Part shown: positions 52,001 to 64,000 of the stretch, piece by piece
Layout of the letters: every line of letters starts with the position of its first letter
How positions within the stretch are numbered: position 1 is the stretch's first letter
NCBI GenBank assembly: GCA_038087875.1
Contig: CM075999.1
Location: forward strand, 1,676,001 to 1,740,000
Source: Malacoraja senta
Lineage: Eukaryota
Length of the DNA: 64,000 nt
Direction of reading: 5' to 3'
Translations under genes and position numbers: made by a program
Notes under the pieces: generated by a model
The model's input: the letters and a program-made list of their open reading frames with translations, nothing else
Database searches by the model: none
What the model was told of the DNA's origin: nothing

Positions 52001-53226
52001 GACAAAGCAATCCACAGTGATTCTATTTTAAATGAGGTTTACTGCACAAAAGGATGGCAGGCCAGATAAATGGGAACATACATTACAAAATGTGCCAGAT
52101 CGCCCACAATCTAATCTTAATCACAACAACATCCTGAGGTCTAACGTACGGACGAACTTAAGATAACAACACAAAATGCTGGGAAATACTCAGCAGGTTG
52201 GGCAGCATTCGGAAGGAGTATATAATCTGAGTCACAAGTTTCAATTCAAGGTTTCAAGGTTTCAAGGACAGTTTATTGTCACATGTACCAATTAAGGTAC
52301 AGTGAAATTTGAGTTACCATACAGCCATGCTAAGTGAAAAGTGAAACAAGACGCACAACCACATAAACGTTAACACAAACATCCACCACAGTGGATTCCA
52401 CATTCCTCACTGTGATGGAAGGCAATAAAGTTCAACCTTCTTCCACAATTGGGATGTTGGTAAAATTTTCCAACAAGATGCTTCTCTTTAAGAATTTGCA
52501 GCTGGAATGTGGACTTTGCCGTCAATGAATGATATTCATTGTCCATCCCTAAATACCTGACCAGAGCAGTCAGTGAAGCATCAACTACATGGAGATACAC
52601 ATGGGCCAGACTTGTAAGGATCATGATAGAGTAAGTCTTTTACCCAGGGCACAGGAATCAAAAACCAGAGTTCATAGGTTTAAGGTGAGAGAGGAAAGAT
52701 TTAATAGGATCCTGAGGAGCAACTTTTTTTTAAACATAAAGAGTGGTAGGTATATGGAACGAGCTGCTGGAGGAGGTAATTGAGGCAGGTACTCTTTTTT
52801 ACATGAGCTTTTTTGTTTACCATTTTGACCTTTTGAGTTTGGTTTATTGCCATGTGTACCGAGGTACAGTGAAAAGCTTTTGTTGTATGCTAACCAGTCT
52901 GTGGTGTGCTAACCAGAGTCATTGCTTAAGTTTCTGTTGAAAGACGTTGAGAAGGGTATGGGGTGGTGGGAACAGAGGAATGTCTGATGTGGGGTGGGGA
53001 GCAAGAGAAACCCAATGACCTATTGATGTTTCCCATTGAATGGGATTCCGAGGACACGTCGTCGTTTGTTCAGATAATCCTAGGTACATTCATCCTTTTT
53101 AATATTGCACCACAATAACTGTTCCATATTTGATCTTTCAGTTTGATAACTTTTCGATGAGGTAAGTACTGAGGAATCCAGATGAAAGGATAGTGGCCCA
53201 CCAAGATAGGTGAGAGACTGTAAGAT

Positions 53227-53328
53227 AGACAAAAATGCTGGAGAAACTCAGCGGGCCTCACCCGCTGAGTTTCTCCAGTATTTTTGTCTACCTTCGATTT
53301 TCCAGCATCTGCAGTTCCTTCTTAAACA
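53227..53328. mobile_element. Fold-back Penelope pseudo-LTR insertion
   Basis: TSD AGAGACTGTAAGAT at 53213-53226 and 53329-53342. Confidence 0.85.
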
Positions 53329-53694
53329 AGAGACTGTAAGATGCAATGTTTAGGTAACTTTAAACTTGTTCTTTATACGTTTGCAAAGAAAGAAAACAAA
53401 TAAGTGTTCCTGCACACAGATTCAATGCTACTTTTCCTACCTAATGGCTGTTAAATTATGTTCTGATGTGATAGGTACAATATAGATGGCAGTTTTTGTT
53501 TTTCTAAATATTTAGTTTAGTTTAGAGAATCCGTAATGGAAACACGCCCTTTGGCTTACCAAGTCACATCGACCATCGATCACCCATTCACACTAGGTAT
53601 CCTACTTTCTCATCCTCTCCCTGCACACTGGAGGCAATCTGCAGAGACCAGTCAATGTTCAAAACCCCACGTCTTTGGGATGTGGGAGGAAATA

Positions 53695-54070
53695 TAATAT
53701 TCTTAAGGGAATGGACAGGCTGGATGCAGGAAAAATGTTCCCCATGTTGGGGGAGTCCAAGACCAGGGGTCACAGTTTAAGAATAAGGGGTAGGCCATTT
53801 AGGACAGAGATGAGGAAAAACTTTTCCACCCAGAGAGTTGTGAATCTGTGGAATTCTCTGCCACAGAAGGCGGTGGAGGCCAATTCACTGGATATATTCA
53901 AGAGAGAGTTGGATATAGCTCTTGGAGGCTAACAGAATCAAGGGATATGGGGAGAAAACAGGAACGGGGGGGACTGATTCTGGATGATCAGCCATGATCA
54001 TATTTAATGGTGGTGCTGGCTTGAAGGGCCAAATGTCCTACTCCTGCACCTAATTTCTAAGTTTCTACGA
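53695..54070 (+). mobile_element. CR1 3' fragment inserted within a V-SINE
   Basis: ILKGMDRLDAGKMFP...; SINE parts at 53510-53690 and 54185-54305. Confidence 0.85.
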
Positions 54071-55197
54071 AACTCTAGCCCTCTTCCTTATCACACCCCT
54101 CAGCAAACATGTCGCTTTGGTCACCACCCATGTACATTGCCATGGAATGATGATATCCCACAATGAATCATTACCAGATTAGTTGGAAACCCAAGCATTC
54201 ACAGGGAGAACGTACATGCTCCTCACAGACAACATCCAAGGTCAGGATCGAACCCGCGTCTCTGGTGCAGTGAGGCAGCAGCTCTACCAGATGCACCACT
54301 GTGGCCTTTCATCGGTCTCGCTCCCTAGGAGCTTACTCCCATTGTATCCTCCACTGCACTGGGTCTGAAACCAGTTGTGGCTATCAGCATATAGTGTTAG
54401 TAATGGAATAAGTGATTGAGGGCAGACCAGAAATGTGTGTAATATTCTGCTGAACATGACTCACTTTCAGAAGATCAATTTCCACATGAAATCAAAACCA
54501 AGCAGCCATAGATACTAATCTCCACCTTCACTGTTCCACCACTCCCATACCTGTAATTGGTATCAAGGAGTGCCACTTGCAGGCAAGAAGTAAACTAAAT
54601 TAGCAATTGTTGTTCTCCAGCATGTTTGTTCCACATCCTTGATTCCAACCATCTGAGGCAAACAGAGACACTATTACTTCCTACAAGGGCTTCCTACATG
54701 TCCTACACCCTGACCATTGTGGCACTGGACCATCTTAAGCAGGTTATCAGAGGCCAAATAGGTCGTTATCCATCAAAGATAGACGCAAAAGGCTTGAGTA
54801 ACTCAGCGGGTCAGACAGCATGTCAGGAGAGGAGGAATAGGTGACATTTCAGGTCGAGACCCTTCTTCGCTATCCATGGCAAGTTGGTGATCCAGCAAAT
54901 TATATCATTGGGCCAGTAATTGTGAGGCCTGGCTTGATGATCTGGAGAGAAAAGTTTAAATTCCATCATAGCATCAGGGGAGTGCAGCTTCATTTTAAAC
55001 CATTCATGTCAATAAAACTGGAATTAAAATATGATATTTGTAATGACCATGAAGCTACCAGATAGTTCTCAAAGTCTATCCGCTTTACTAATAGCGTTAG
55101 CAAAACTGGAGTAACCTCTGGAGTAACGTCTGGAGTAACTTCAAGTGTAAGTACTGGAGTAAGAAATGGAGTAACACAGCGGGTCAAGACACGGATT

Positions 55198-55362
55198 GGT
55201 GACATTTCATTAGGCCATTCGCCCCATCAAGTCTATTCCGCCATTCAATCATGGTGACATTTCATTATGCCATTCGCCCCATCAAGTCTATTCCGCCATT
55301 CAATCATGGTGACATTTCATTAGGCCATTCGCCCCATCAAGTCTATTCCGCCATTCAATCAT
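55198..55362. repeat. 55-bp tandem repeat x3 at a Penelope/CR1 junction
   Basis: Units start at 55198, 55253 and 55308, with one mismatch in unit 2. Confidence 0.95.
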
Positions 55363-55959
55363 GGCTGATCTATCTCTCCCTCCTAACCCCATTCTCCTGC
55401 CTTCTCCCCTTAACCTCTGACACCTGTACAAATCAAGAATCGATCTATCTGTGCCTTAAAAACATCCATTGACCTCTTAAAGATAGCGGAGTCAGGGGAT
55501 ATGGGCAGAAGGCAGGAACGGGGTACTGATTAGGGATGATCAGCTAGGATCACATTGAATGGCGGTGCTGGCTCGAAGGGCCGAATGGCCTACTCCTGCA
55601 CCTATTGTCTATTGTCTATTGACTTGGCCTTCACAGCCTTCTGTGGCAATGAATTCCACAGATTCATCACCCTGACTAAAGAAATTCCTCCTCATCTCCT
55701 TCCTAAAGGAACATCCTTTAATTCGGAGACTATGACTTCTGGTCCCCTAGATTCAGGACCCCTCTGAAAATGGGTCCCAACTCAGAACATCACTTAGCCA
55801 CGTCCTCCAGAGATGCTGCCTAACTCTGTGTTCTTTTTTGTAAACCCAGTGTCTGCAGTTTCTTCTTTCTCTTCCCTCATTAAAATCACTGACAGAATAA
55901 GACTGGTGCAGTTTCTAACGGACTAATCCTCTGTAGTTTTGTGGCTGGGCTTTAAATGT

Positions 55960-56225
55960 CATAGAAACATAGAAACATATAAAATAGGTGCAGGAGGAGG
56001 CCATTCGGCCCTTCGAGCCAGCACCGCCATTCAATATGATCATGGCTGATCATCCAACTCAGTATCCCGTACCTGCCTTCTCTCCATACCCCCTGATCCC
56101 TTTAGCCACAAGGGCCACATCTAACTCCCTCTTAAATATGGCCAATGAACTGGCCTCAACTGCTTTCTGTGGCAGAGAATTCAACAGATTCACCACTCTC
56201 TGTGTGAAAAAGATTTTTTTCATCT
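55960..56225 (-). mobile_element. CR1 3' fragment
   Basis: Near-identical to 10880-11125. Confidence 0.9.
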
Positions 56226-56566
56226 AAAAGGTCCTAAAATCTCGGTCCGAAATGTCGTATCACCCGCGTGGCGAGAGGACAGCTTTTGCACCCCTATTGG
56301 CAAGCGGGTAGTTAGGGATGGGCAACAAACACTGGCTTTGCCAACAGCACCCACTTCCAGTCAACAGTTGAACAAAAACAATGCCACTTAGGCGAGATAA
56401 GGAAAACTGGGCAAGCCCATGGAACAGAAGGATTTAGTGCTTTATGGAGAACAGGCAGCAAAAGTTGGCAAGAACAAAAGCCTTTCATCTTATTTTAAGA
56501 TAAAGTATCAGATACTGAGCGCTGCACCCACAGCTGCCCTTGACAGGTGGTCTGGACCAAACAATT

Positions 56567-56878
56567 GTTTAGTTTAGTTTAGTTTAGGGATACAGCGCAG
56601 AAACAGGCCCTTCGGCCCACCGAGTCCGCACCGACCAGTGATCCCTGCACACTAGCACTGTCTTACACACTCTAGGGACAATCTACAATTGTATTAAGCC
56701 AATTAGCCTACAAACCTGTACATCTTTGGAGGGTGGGAGTAAACTGGAGATCCCAGAGTAAACCCACACAGGTAATGGGGAGAACATACAAACTCCGTGC
56801 AGACAGCACCGGTAGTCAGGATTGAACCCGGGTCTCACCCGCTGTAAGGCAGCAACTCTACCGCTGCGCCACCGTGCG
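56567..56878 (-). mobile_element. V-SINE (HE1-like)
   Basis: Same structure. Confidence 0.9.
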
Positions 56879-57049
56879 GCCCCATTGGCAGATTTCTAAT
56901 GGGCGGGGAGATTAGCGCAGGTCAATGGAGTTTCATTCACTTAATGTAGGCACAGCCGATAGAATGCATCTATTAAAGAGCAATGAACAACAGAGGGAAG
57001 ATATGTCACTGGAGGGCTCGAACTATTAAAGTAACAGTCTAATTATAGT

Positions 57050-57750
57050 CAATAGGCAATAGACAATAGTAGGTGCAGGAGCAGGCCATTTGGCCCTTCG
57101 CGCCAGCACCGCCATTCACTGTGATCATGGCTAATCACCCACAATCAGTACCCCGTTTCTGCCTTCTCCCCATATCCCCTGACTCCGCTATCTTTAAGAG
57201 CTCTATCTAACTCTCTCTTGAAAGCATCCAGAGAATTGGCCTCCACTGTCTTCTGAGGCAGAGAATTCCACAGACTCACCACTCTCTGTGAGAAAAAGTG
57301 TTTCCTCGTCTCCGTTCTAAATGGCTTACTCCTTATTCTTAAACTGTGGCCCCTGGTTCTGGACTCCCCAACATCGGGAACATGTTTCCTGCCTCTAGCG
57401 TGTCCAAACCCTTAATAATCTTATATGTTTCAATAAGATTCCCACTCATCCTTCTAAATTCCAGAGTATACAAGCCCAGCCGCTCCATTCTATCAACATA
57501 TGACAGTCCCGCCATCCCGGGAATTAACCTTGTAAACCTGCACTCCCTCAATAGCAAGAATGTCCTTCCTCAAATTAGGGGACCAAAACTGCACACAATA
57601 CTCCAGGTGTGGTCTCACTAGGGCTCTGTACAACTGCAGAAGGACCTCTTTGCTCCTATATTCGATTCCTCTTGTTATAAAGGCCAACATGCCATTCGCT
57701 TTCTTCACTGCCTGCTGTACCTGCATGCTTACTTTCATAGACTGATGTAC
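57050..57750 (-). mobile_element. CR1 3' fragment
   Basis: QQAVKKANGMLAFI...RPHLEYCVQFW... Confidence 0.9.
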
Positions 57751-59029
57751 CTGAGTTTCCTGCCACATCCCAAAGACATGTCGGTTTGTAGATTAATTGG
57801 CCTCTGTAAAAATGCCTCAAGTGTGTAGGGCGTGGATACGGAAATGGGATTGCTTAGAACTAGTGTGAATGGGTGACCGATGGTTGGCATGGACTCGGGG
57901 GGCCGAAGGGTCTGTTTCTGTGCTATATCTTTCAATCAATTCAACCAAAACATTCAAGATATTCGACAATTTAAAACAAATATTGTGCGAGTAAATATAC
58001 TGTAACATCAGATAAAACAGTGGTGGAATAACGCAGAGTGAGACAGCAACCCTGGAGAACATGGATAGGTCACATTATCTAGGGAGTTCCCTAGGGATGC
58101 TGCTTGACCCGCCGAATTACTCTTGCACTTTAATTATTTTTATTTTGTAAATCAGCATCTGCAGTTCCTTGTTTCCACACCATCAATAACTACATAAGAT
58201 TAGCTCCGACATTCCCTTATTACTTTGTGAAATACCTTAATTTTCTTTCAAATGTTTGCCTGGATATGTGTTGTTGTTCATCTCGTTCCTGCTTGCCCTC
58301 CATAACCGTCACCTTGACCAGCACGTCCCACAAACATATCCTACCAGTCAGTGGTGTCAATACGTTTACCAGCGGCATACTGAAAATAAACCAAGACTTC
58401 GGGCGATCAATATTCATTGTTTGTTGGTCATAATGTTGCAAAATCAATACCAGGCATTCCATTGCCAGTGTTGATCAGCTTTTAATTTTGATATAGATTT
58501 AAACCACAAAATCCAAACCTAATCGTGTAATAATTTTGACATGGATTTTGAGAAGATCTATAATATCGATCATCTAACCATGAAGAGAGGAAATCGTCAA
58601 GCATGCTATGATAAGAACCTGGCTGCTCAACACCCGACTTGAGATCTAACTATTCCTTTGGTTTATGTTCCATTCGCAAGAAGAAGATAAGAAGAACCAG
58701 AGGCAGAGAAATGATACTATTAATGATGTAAACACAGTTAAATGCTGCAGAAAACACAATCAAATGCCAGAGAAATAAGTCATTGTAAAGTTGTACAATT
58801 CCAGCAGATGGCAGTCCAAGATTGGTATTTATCCTAACTTGCTGAAGTATGTGGGCTGGAGTAGATTCCAGCCTCTCAGCCACATCCAGCAATCTCTTCT
58901 GGAGAGATGGTGTGGTGCAAAAATATGGAGGAAATTCACTGCTGATGAGCCAATACATGCTGTCCATCTGCTAACAAGAGCAGCGCTTGTCTGGGCAATC
59001 CAGACCAGACTGTGGATTTAATTTTGTCT

Positions 59030-59322
59030 AATTTAGTTCGGAGATACAGTGTGGTAACAGGCCCTTTGGCCCATCGAGTCGGCGCCGACCAGCGATCCCC
59101 GCACACTAACACTATGCTCCACTCACTAGGGACAATTCATAATGTTACCGGGCCAATTAGCCAACATCTTTGGGGCGTGAGAGGAAACCGAAGCACCCGT
59201 AGAAAACACGCGCAGGTCACGGAGAAAAGGTACAAACTCTGTACAGACAGCACCCGTAGTTGGGATCGAACCCGTGTCTCCGGCGCTGTCAGGCGGCAAA
59301 TCTACCGCTGCGCCACCGTGCT
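59030..59322 (-). mobile_element. V-SINE (HE1-like)
   Basis: Same structure. Confidence 0.88.
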
Positions 59323-60386
59323 GCTAAGTATTAGGGGGTATCAGGTATTTGGAATGTTGATTTATTGGATTATTTTTTGTTTTGTATATATATATGTTAT
59401 CTATGAGTATCGTGTTTACAGACCTGTTATACTGCTGCAAGTAAGAACCTCATTGTTCCATTATCGGCACATGTGGCATTTTAACATTCTTGACTAGACG
59501 GTTGGTTTTGTGTGTGGCCTGGTTGTGTATGTACACAGTATTATCTGATATAGAGGGCTAACACATAAAAGGTTTTCATTGTATCTTGGTACATGTGACA
59601 CAAATAAACAAATGCCAATAACAATAATAGAGAAATGTCTTTAAACACACCCATTGTAAAAGCACCTCTACATCACACACCTCACAACAACTTTTCCTCA
59701 CTATTTAGCCTGCCTCAAGAATACTTTTTTTACACGGACTTCCTTCTCTCAATTATACACTGGCATTCTCCTGACGAAAACCACACAATATCACACATTC
59801 CTTTCTATAAATGTATACTCCACACTATATAACGCACTCCACAATGCTATATTATACCATGGCCCTCACAACTACCAGAGAAGTAGACCCAGTAAGAGTG
59901 ATGGGCAGGAAGGAAAATGTGTGCCTTAAAAATAAGTTTGGTGACCTCTCAAGTTATATGCTGGAGGAATATAACTTCCTCCAGTTATATTCTGGATATA
60001 TAGCCAGGCAGCATCTGTGGAGAGAAACAGACTGAGGACATTTTCTTCAAACTCAATAAGTGTCCCAACTCATGTTTGTCCATTTCCATTTCCCACCACA
60101 TCGGCTGCCTGGACTGTGGAAATCCTCCAGCACTTTATTCTTTGTCCAACCTCGGTAGTTTCTTCTGTCCACCTTAACATGAATGAATGAATGAAAACGT
60201 TATGGAAAACTTTATTGTCACATGTGACAAGTCACAGTGAAACTCTTTGCTTGCAATACCTTGCTCACGAAGGGTGCTAACACAGTTGCAAATCCCCCCA
60301 CCCCCCTCCCAACATCAGTTATCCTTTTGTTCTTCTCCCCTCTCCCCTTCTTCACCACGGTCTCCCTGCGCCGCGTCCCCTATCAT

Positions 60387-61116
60387 AACAATACAATACA
60401 ATACAATACCGTTTATTGTCATTTGAACCTCAAACGAAATTTGGTTTCTGCAGTCATACAACAAGAAAAGAAAACCCAAGACACACAGTTCACACAAACA
60501 TCCATCACTGTGATGGAAGGCAAAGTCATTGTCTCTCCCCGGTTTTCCATTCTTCTCCCGATGTTAAAGCCCCCGGTGGGCGATGGCAAGTCCCGCGGCC
60601 GTTAAAGCCGCGCCGGGCGATGTAAGGCCTCGCTCTGGGTCATTTTCAACCCCGCAATTCGGGCGGGAGAAGTTGCCGTTGTGGGAGCTCCAAAAAGCGG
60701 TCTCCCACCAGGGAGTTGCGAGCTCCCGGTCACCGTCCACCGGGCCTGTGGCATGAGCCTTCGAAGCTCCGAAGTCGGGTTGCAGCCGCGCGCCACCACA
60801 GCCCTCCACGCTCCGAAGTCGGCCAGCTGCACGATGGTGAATCTGCAGGCTCCGCGACTGGAGCCCCCAGGTCGTTCCGGTTGGAGGCCGCTCCACGGTG
60901 CTAGGCCCCAACGACAACGGAGACCTGACAGGGAAAAGATCGGGTCCCCCGTACAGGGAAGAGATTTAAAAGTTCCCCCCACACCCCCGCCCCCCACATA
61001 TACACAGCTAAAAACAAGATATAACTACAACCAAACTATACACTCAACAGGACAAAAATTAAGAAAAAAGACAGACGGACTGCGGAGGCCACTGCTGCGA
61101 GGCGCCGCCATTTTGG
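60387..61116 (-). mobile_element. Non-autonomous, CpG-rich retroposon (~730 bp)
   Basis: 5' end CAAAATGGCGGCGCC; 3' end AATAAA then (TATTG)n tail; no credible ORF. The 3' part recurs at 52240-52445. Confidence 0.65.
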
Positions 61117-61138
61117 ACCATGATAGTTATCATGATAG

Positions 61139-61366
61139 TTTAGCGGTTTGAGAAACGACTACTGAAGTTTTCAACCAAAAACTTTATTCGAAAGTAAGTT
61201 GCAGTAAACAGGTTTGTCAAACACGTCTGCCCACATCGGTGGTCAGCACTGAACTAACTCGCGCCAAGGGAAAACCGTGCGAAAACAACGGCCCCTCCCG
61301 AATCACGTGACCGCGGCTTCCGAACGCCGGGTTCGATATCTGCGTGCGCTTGGTGGCACCGCTACA
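61139..61366 (-). mobile_element. Solo LTR (Gypsy-like)
   Basis: Minus strand TGTAGCGG...AATAAA...CCGCTAAA (imperfect terminal inverted repeat). 4-bp TSD ATAG at 61135-38 and 61367-70. CpG-rich. Confidence 0.8.
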
Positions 61367-62341
61367 ATAGTCTGAAGGAAAACTCCGATGCCCCCAGCTG
61401 GAGAAGGTTGTTCAGTTGCTGCTAATAATACATCCTTTACGATCGCAACACTCCTCACTGTAACACACACTCATGAGAAATATTCCGCGCCATAACACAC
61501 CCCTCAATGTCGCATCCCCCATGATAGCAGACCTTTCATTGTAACGCGCCCCTCTGTGTGATGAGTTCCTCATGATAAATTGGCTCCCACTAAATCGGTG
61601 ATGGGTTTCCAGCGTACATCCAAAGTTCACACTGCAGAGAGAGTTTGATGTCCTTTTTAAAGTCAATGCAATAAATCAGTGTGTAATTTTGCCACTGACT
61701 GTGTAATGATTTATCAAGGCGAGATAAACCTGCCAGTTGATAAAAAGGCAAAAATGTATCACAAGAGAATCTTTACTGCAAAAGCAGCTGACATGATCAC
61801 AGCCATTAAAAATTAAAGAATAAACTGCACAGGATTGCTGAACATTTGTCTTTGCTTTCTGCTCCAACAGAACTCAAGAATGACTTTGAAAATATACGTT
61901 TCAGACTGGCTGTCAGCGAAGCTATGTGTTGTTGAAGTGGTTTCAGATGCTAACCAACTCTTGACTTCAGTGAACCCTGGAATAACATTTTTGGTCCAGA
62001 CATCAGATTAGATCAGGAGAATCTTTAAATAAAATGTCCAATGATTCTAATTTTACATGAGAAATGACTCTAAAATATGCAATTTTCAAATGGAGTGGAG
62101 ACATACTGTGAAAGCAGATCTTCCCTGAAGCCATTGAGTTCTCAGTGGGATGATTACCATCTAATCTTTGAGTTTATGCGTGGGCCTTCCTATGAGACTG
62201 CTAGAGAATGGGTTGGTGGAGACAGGGAGCTGCAATAGAGCCAGACACCAGCATTCTATCCTTTCAGGAACCATCGATACCTCTCTATTTCAGCAGCAAT
62301 TACTGAAATCGGTCACTTGCAATGGAACAATGATGGCACAA

Positions 62342-62650
62342 GGGGGAAGCACGGTGGCGTAACGGTAAACTTGCTGCCTTACAGCGCCAGAGGCCTGGGT
62401 TCAATCCCGACTATGGGTGCTGTCTGTACGCAGTTTGTACGTTCTCCCCGTGATCACGTGGGTTTTCTCCAAGATCTTCGGTTTCCTCCCACACTCCAAA
62501 GACGTCCAGGCTTGTAGGTTAACTGGCTTGGTGTGAATGTTAAAAAAATTGTCCCTCGTGTGTGTAGGATGGTGCAGGGGTTCACCGCTCGGCGCGGTCT
62601 CAGTGGGCCGAGGGGCCTGTTTCCGCACTGTATCTCTAAACTAAACTAAA
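62342..62650 (+). mobile_element. V-SINE (HE1-like)
   Basis: Same structure. Confidence 0.9.
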
Positions 62651-62844
62651 TGAATATACGCAACACAGCGAGACACATCACGTTGAAACAAAGATCCTAA
62701 TCTGGGCGAACACTCCAGTGCAGCATCAATGGAATCAGCCTTGTTGGCAGGGTTGTCCTTTGGAGGCCATTTAATAAAAGCAAAACCCCCTCTGACCTCT
62801 CTGATGCATATTAAAGATCAACGACGTCACTTCAAAGAACACAA

Positions 62845-63150
62845 GGGTGGCACAGTGGCTCAGCAACTCAGCCGTGGAGTTGCTGCCTTACAGCGCCAGA
62901 GCGCCAGAGTTTGATCCCAACTGCGGGTGCTGTCTGTGTGGAGTTTGTACATTCTCCCTGTGACCTTTTGAGTTTTCGCCAGGTGCTCTGGTTTCCTCCC
63001 ACACTCCAAATGCATGCAGATTTGTAGGTCAATTGGCTTCTCTAAATTGTCCCCAGTGTGTGGGGGGTTGTGCTAGTGTACGGGGTGTTCACTGGTCAAC
63101 GTGGACCTGGACCGAAGGGCCTGTAACTCTAAAGTCTGAAGTCTAAACAA
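62845..63150 (+). mobile_element. V-SINE (HE1-like)
   Basis: Same structure. Confidence 0.88.
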
Positions 63151-63840
63151 AAACCTATAACATTTCCCTTCAACCAAACAGCAGATTTGCTCATTAACAC
63201 AACTGGTTGTGAGAACGTACTGTACACAAATCAGCCTCTGCATTTTCTTTATTGCTGGTGTGACCATACTTCACACGCCCATAAATGCTTGTTAGAGTTA
63301 CGAGGAGTTTGTAAAAGCTTCACTATAAACACGTCCTTTCTACTCATGGTAGTCATCCATGAGGTTGGAATCGTATCCTGTAATTGTAGATTAATCAGTG
63401 TAGAAGGGAAGGAATTCACCTTTCGTCCTGCCGCAGAAACACTAGGATCCTGATCCAGTGTTTGGGAAGTGTGTTTAATTGAGCAATTACTAACAAGGAG
63501 AAAACAGTTTTCCAAATTCATATAAATAACTCTCATAGCCCTTTAAATGGTGGAGATCCCTGGCACCAGCAAATGTAAGGTTGTCCTTTAAAACCACTCA
63601 CGATCACAGTTAAAAAGAGAAGGCCACTCAATTGATCCAAGAAACATACAATTCTCATGGAATATGTAGTTCTCACATCCGTCCTGCTGTTCTGGACCTC
63701 TGGCAAAAGGAAATATTAGAGTGGCCTTCGTTTCTGAAGTCCAACCACATTCACGTTCCCAAACCAAGGGGATTGGGAATCCTCTCCATCAGACACACAT
63801 GATTAAACAACTTCCTGTCATGTGACTAGTCCTTCCTGTC

Positions 63841-63874
<34 letters not shown>

Positions 63875-64000
63875 CTTTATTGATCCCCTCAGGGAAATTC
63901 AGATGTCCAGAAGCCCCCAACCAACAAGCCCACACATTCAAAACGAACGCAGACAGAAAATACATAAAATTCAACGCGGACACTACTTGAGAGCAATAAA

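Noticed and set aside
55198..55362. CRISPR-like repeat array
   Set aside because: Units are directly tandem with no spacers, derive from CR1/Penelope sequence, and the DNA is eukaryotic.
60540..61370. Host CpG-island promoter and overlapping GC-rich ORFs
   Set aside because: Explained by a retroposon plus a solo LTR; the ORFs are GC-content artefacts.

Overview
This is repeat-dense vertebrate genomic DNA. The V-SINE (HE1-like) and CR1 (HER1-like) repertoire points to a cartilaginous fish, probably a skate or ray (inference). There is a 200-N gap at 39761-39960. Most ORFs in the track are pieces of transposable elements: CR1 LINEs (best copy 10866-12985, with a 616-aa RT ORF), a Penelope-like element with RT and GIY-YIG domains (21769-23573), a full-length but frameshifted Tc1 DD34E transposon (30754-32377), Rex1/Babar LINE fragments, about 25 V-SINEs, a PIF/Harbinger-type MITE and a solo LTR. 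The only good host-gene signal is a TATA promoter plus a 61-nt signal-peptide first exon on the minus strand (40860-40920); its downstream exons could not be identified. The most interesting structure is a family of short, often fold-back Penelope terminal-repeat insertions that carry a minimal hammerhead-ribozyme core and have long (13-17 bp) target-site duplications. No CRISPR array, rRNA or bona fide tRNA gene was seen. Repeat boundaries were read by eye and are approximate unless a TSD or TIR is quoted.
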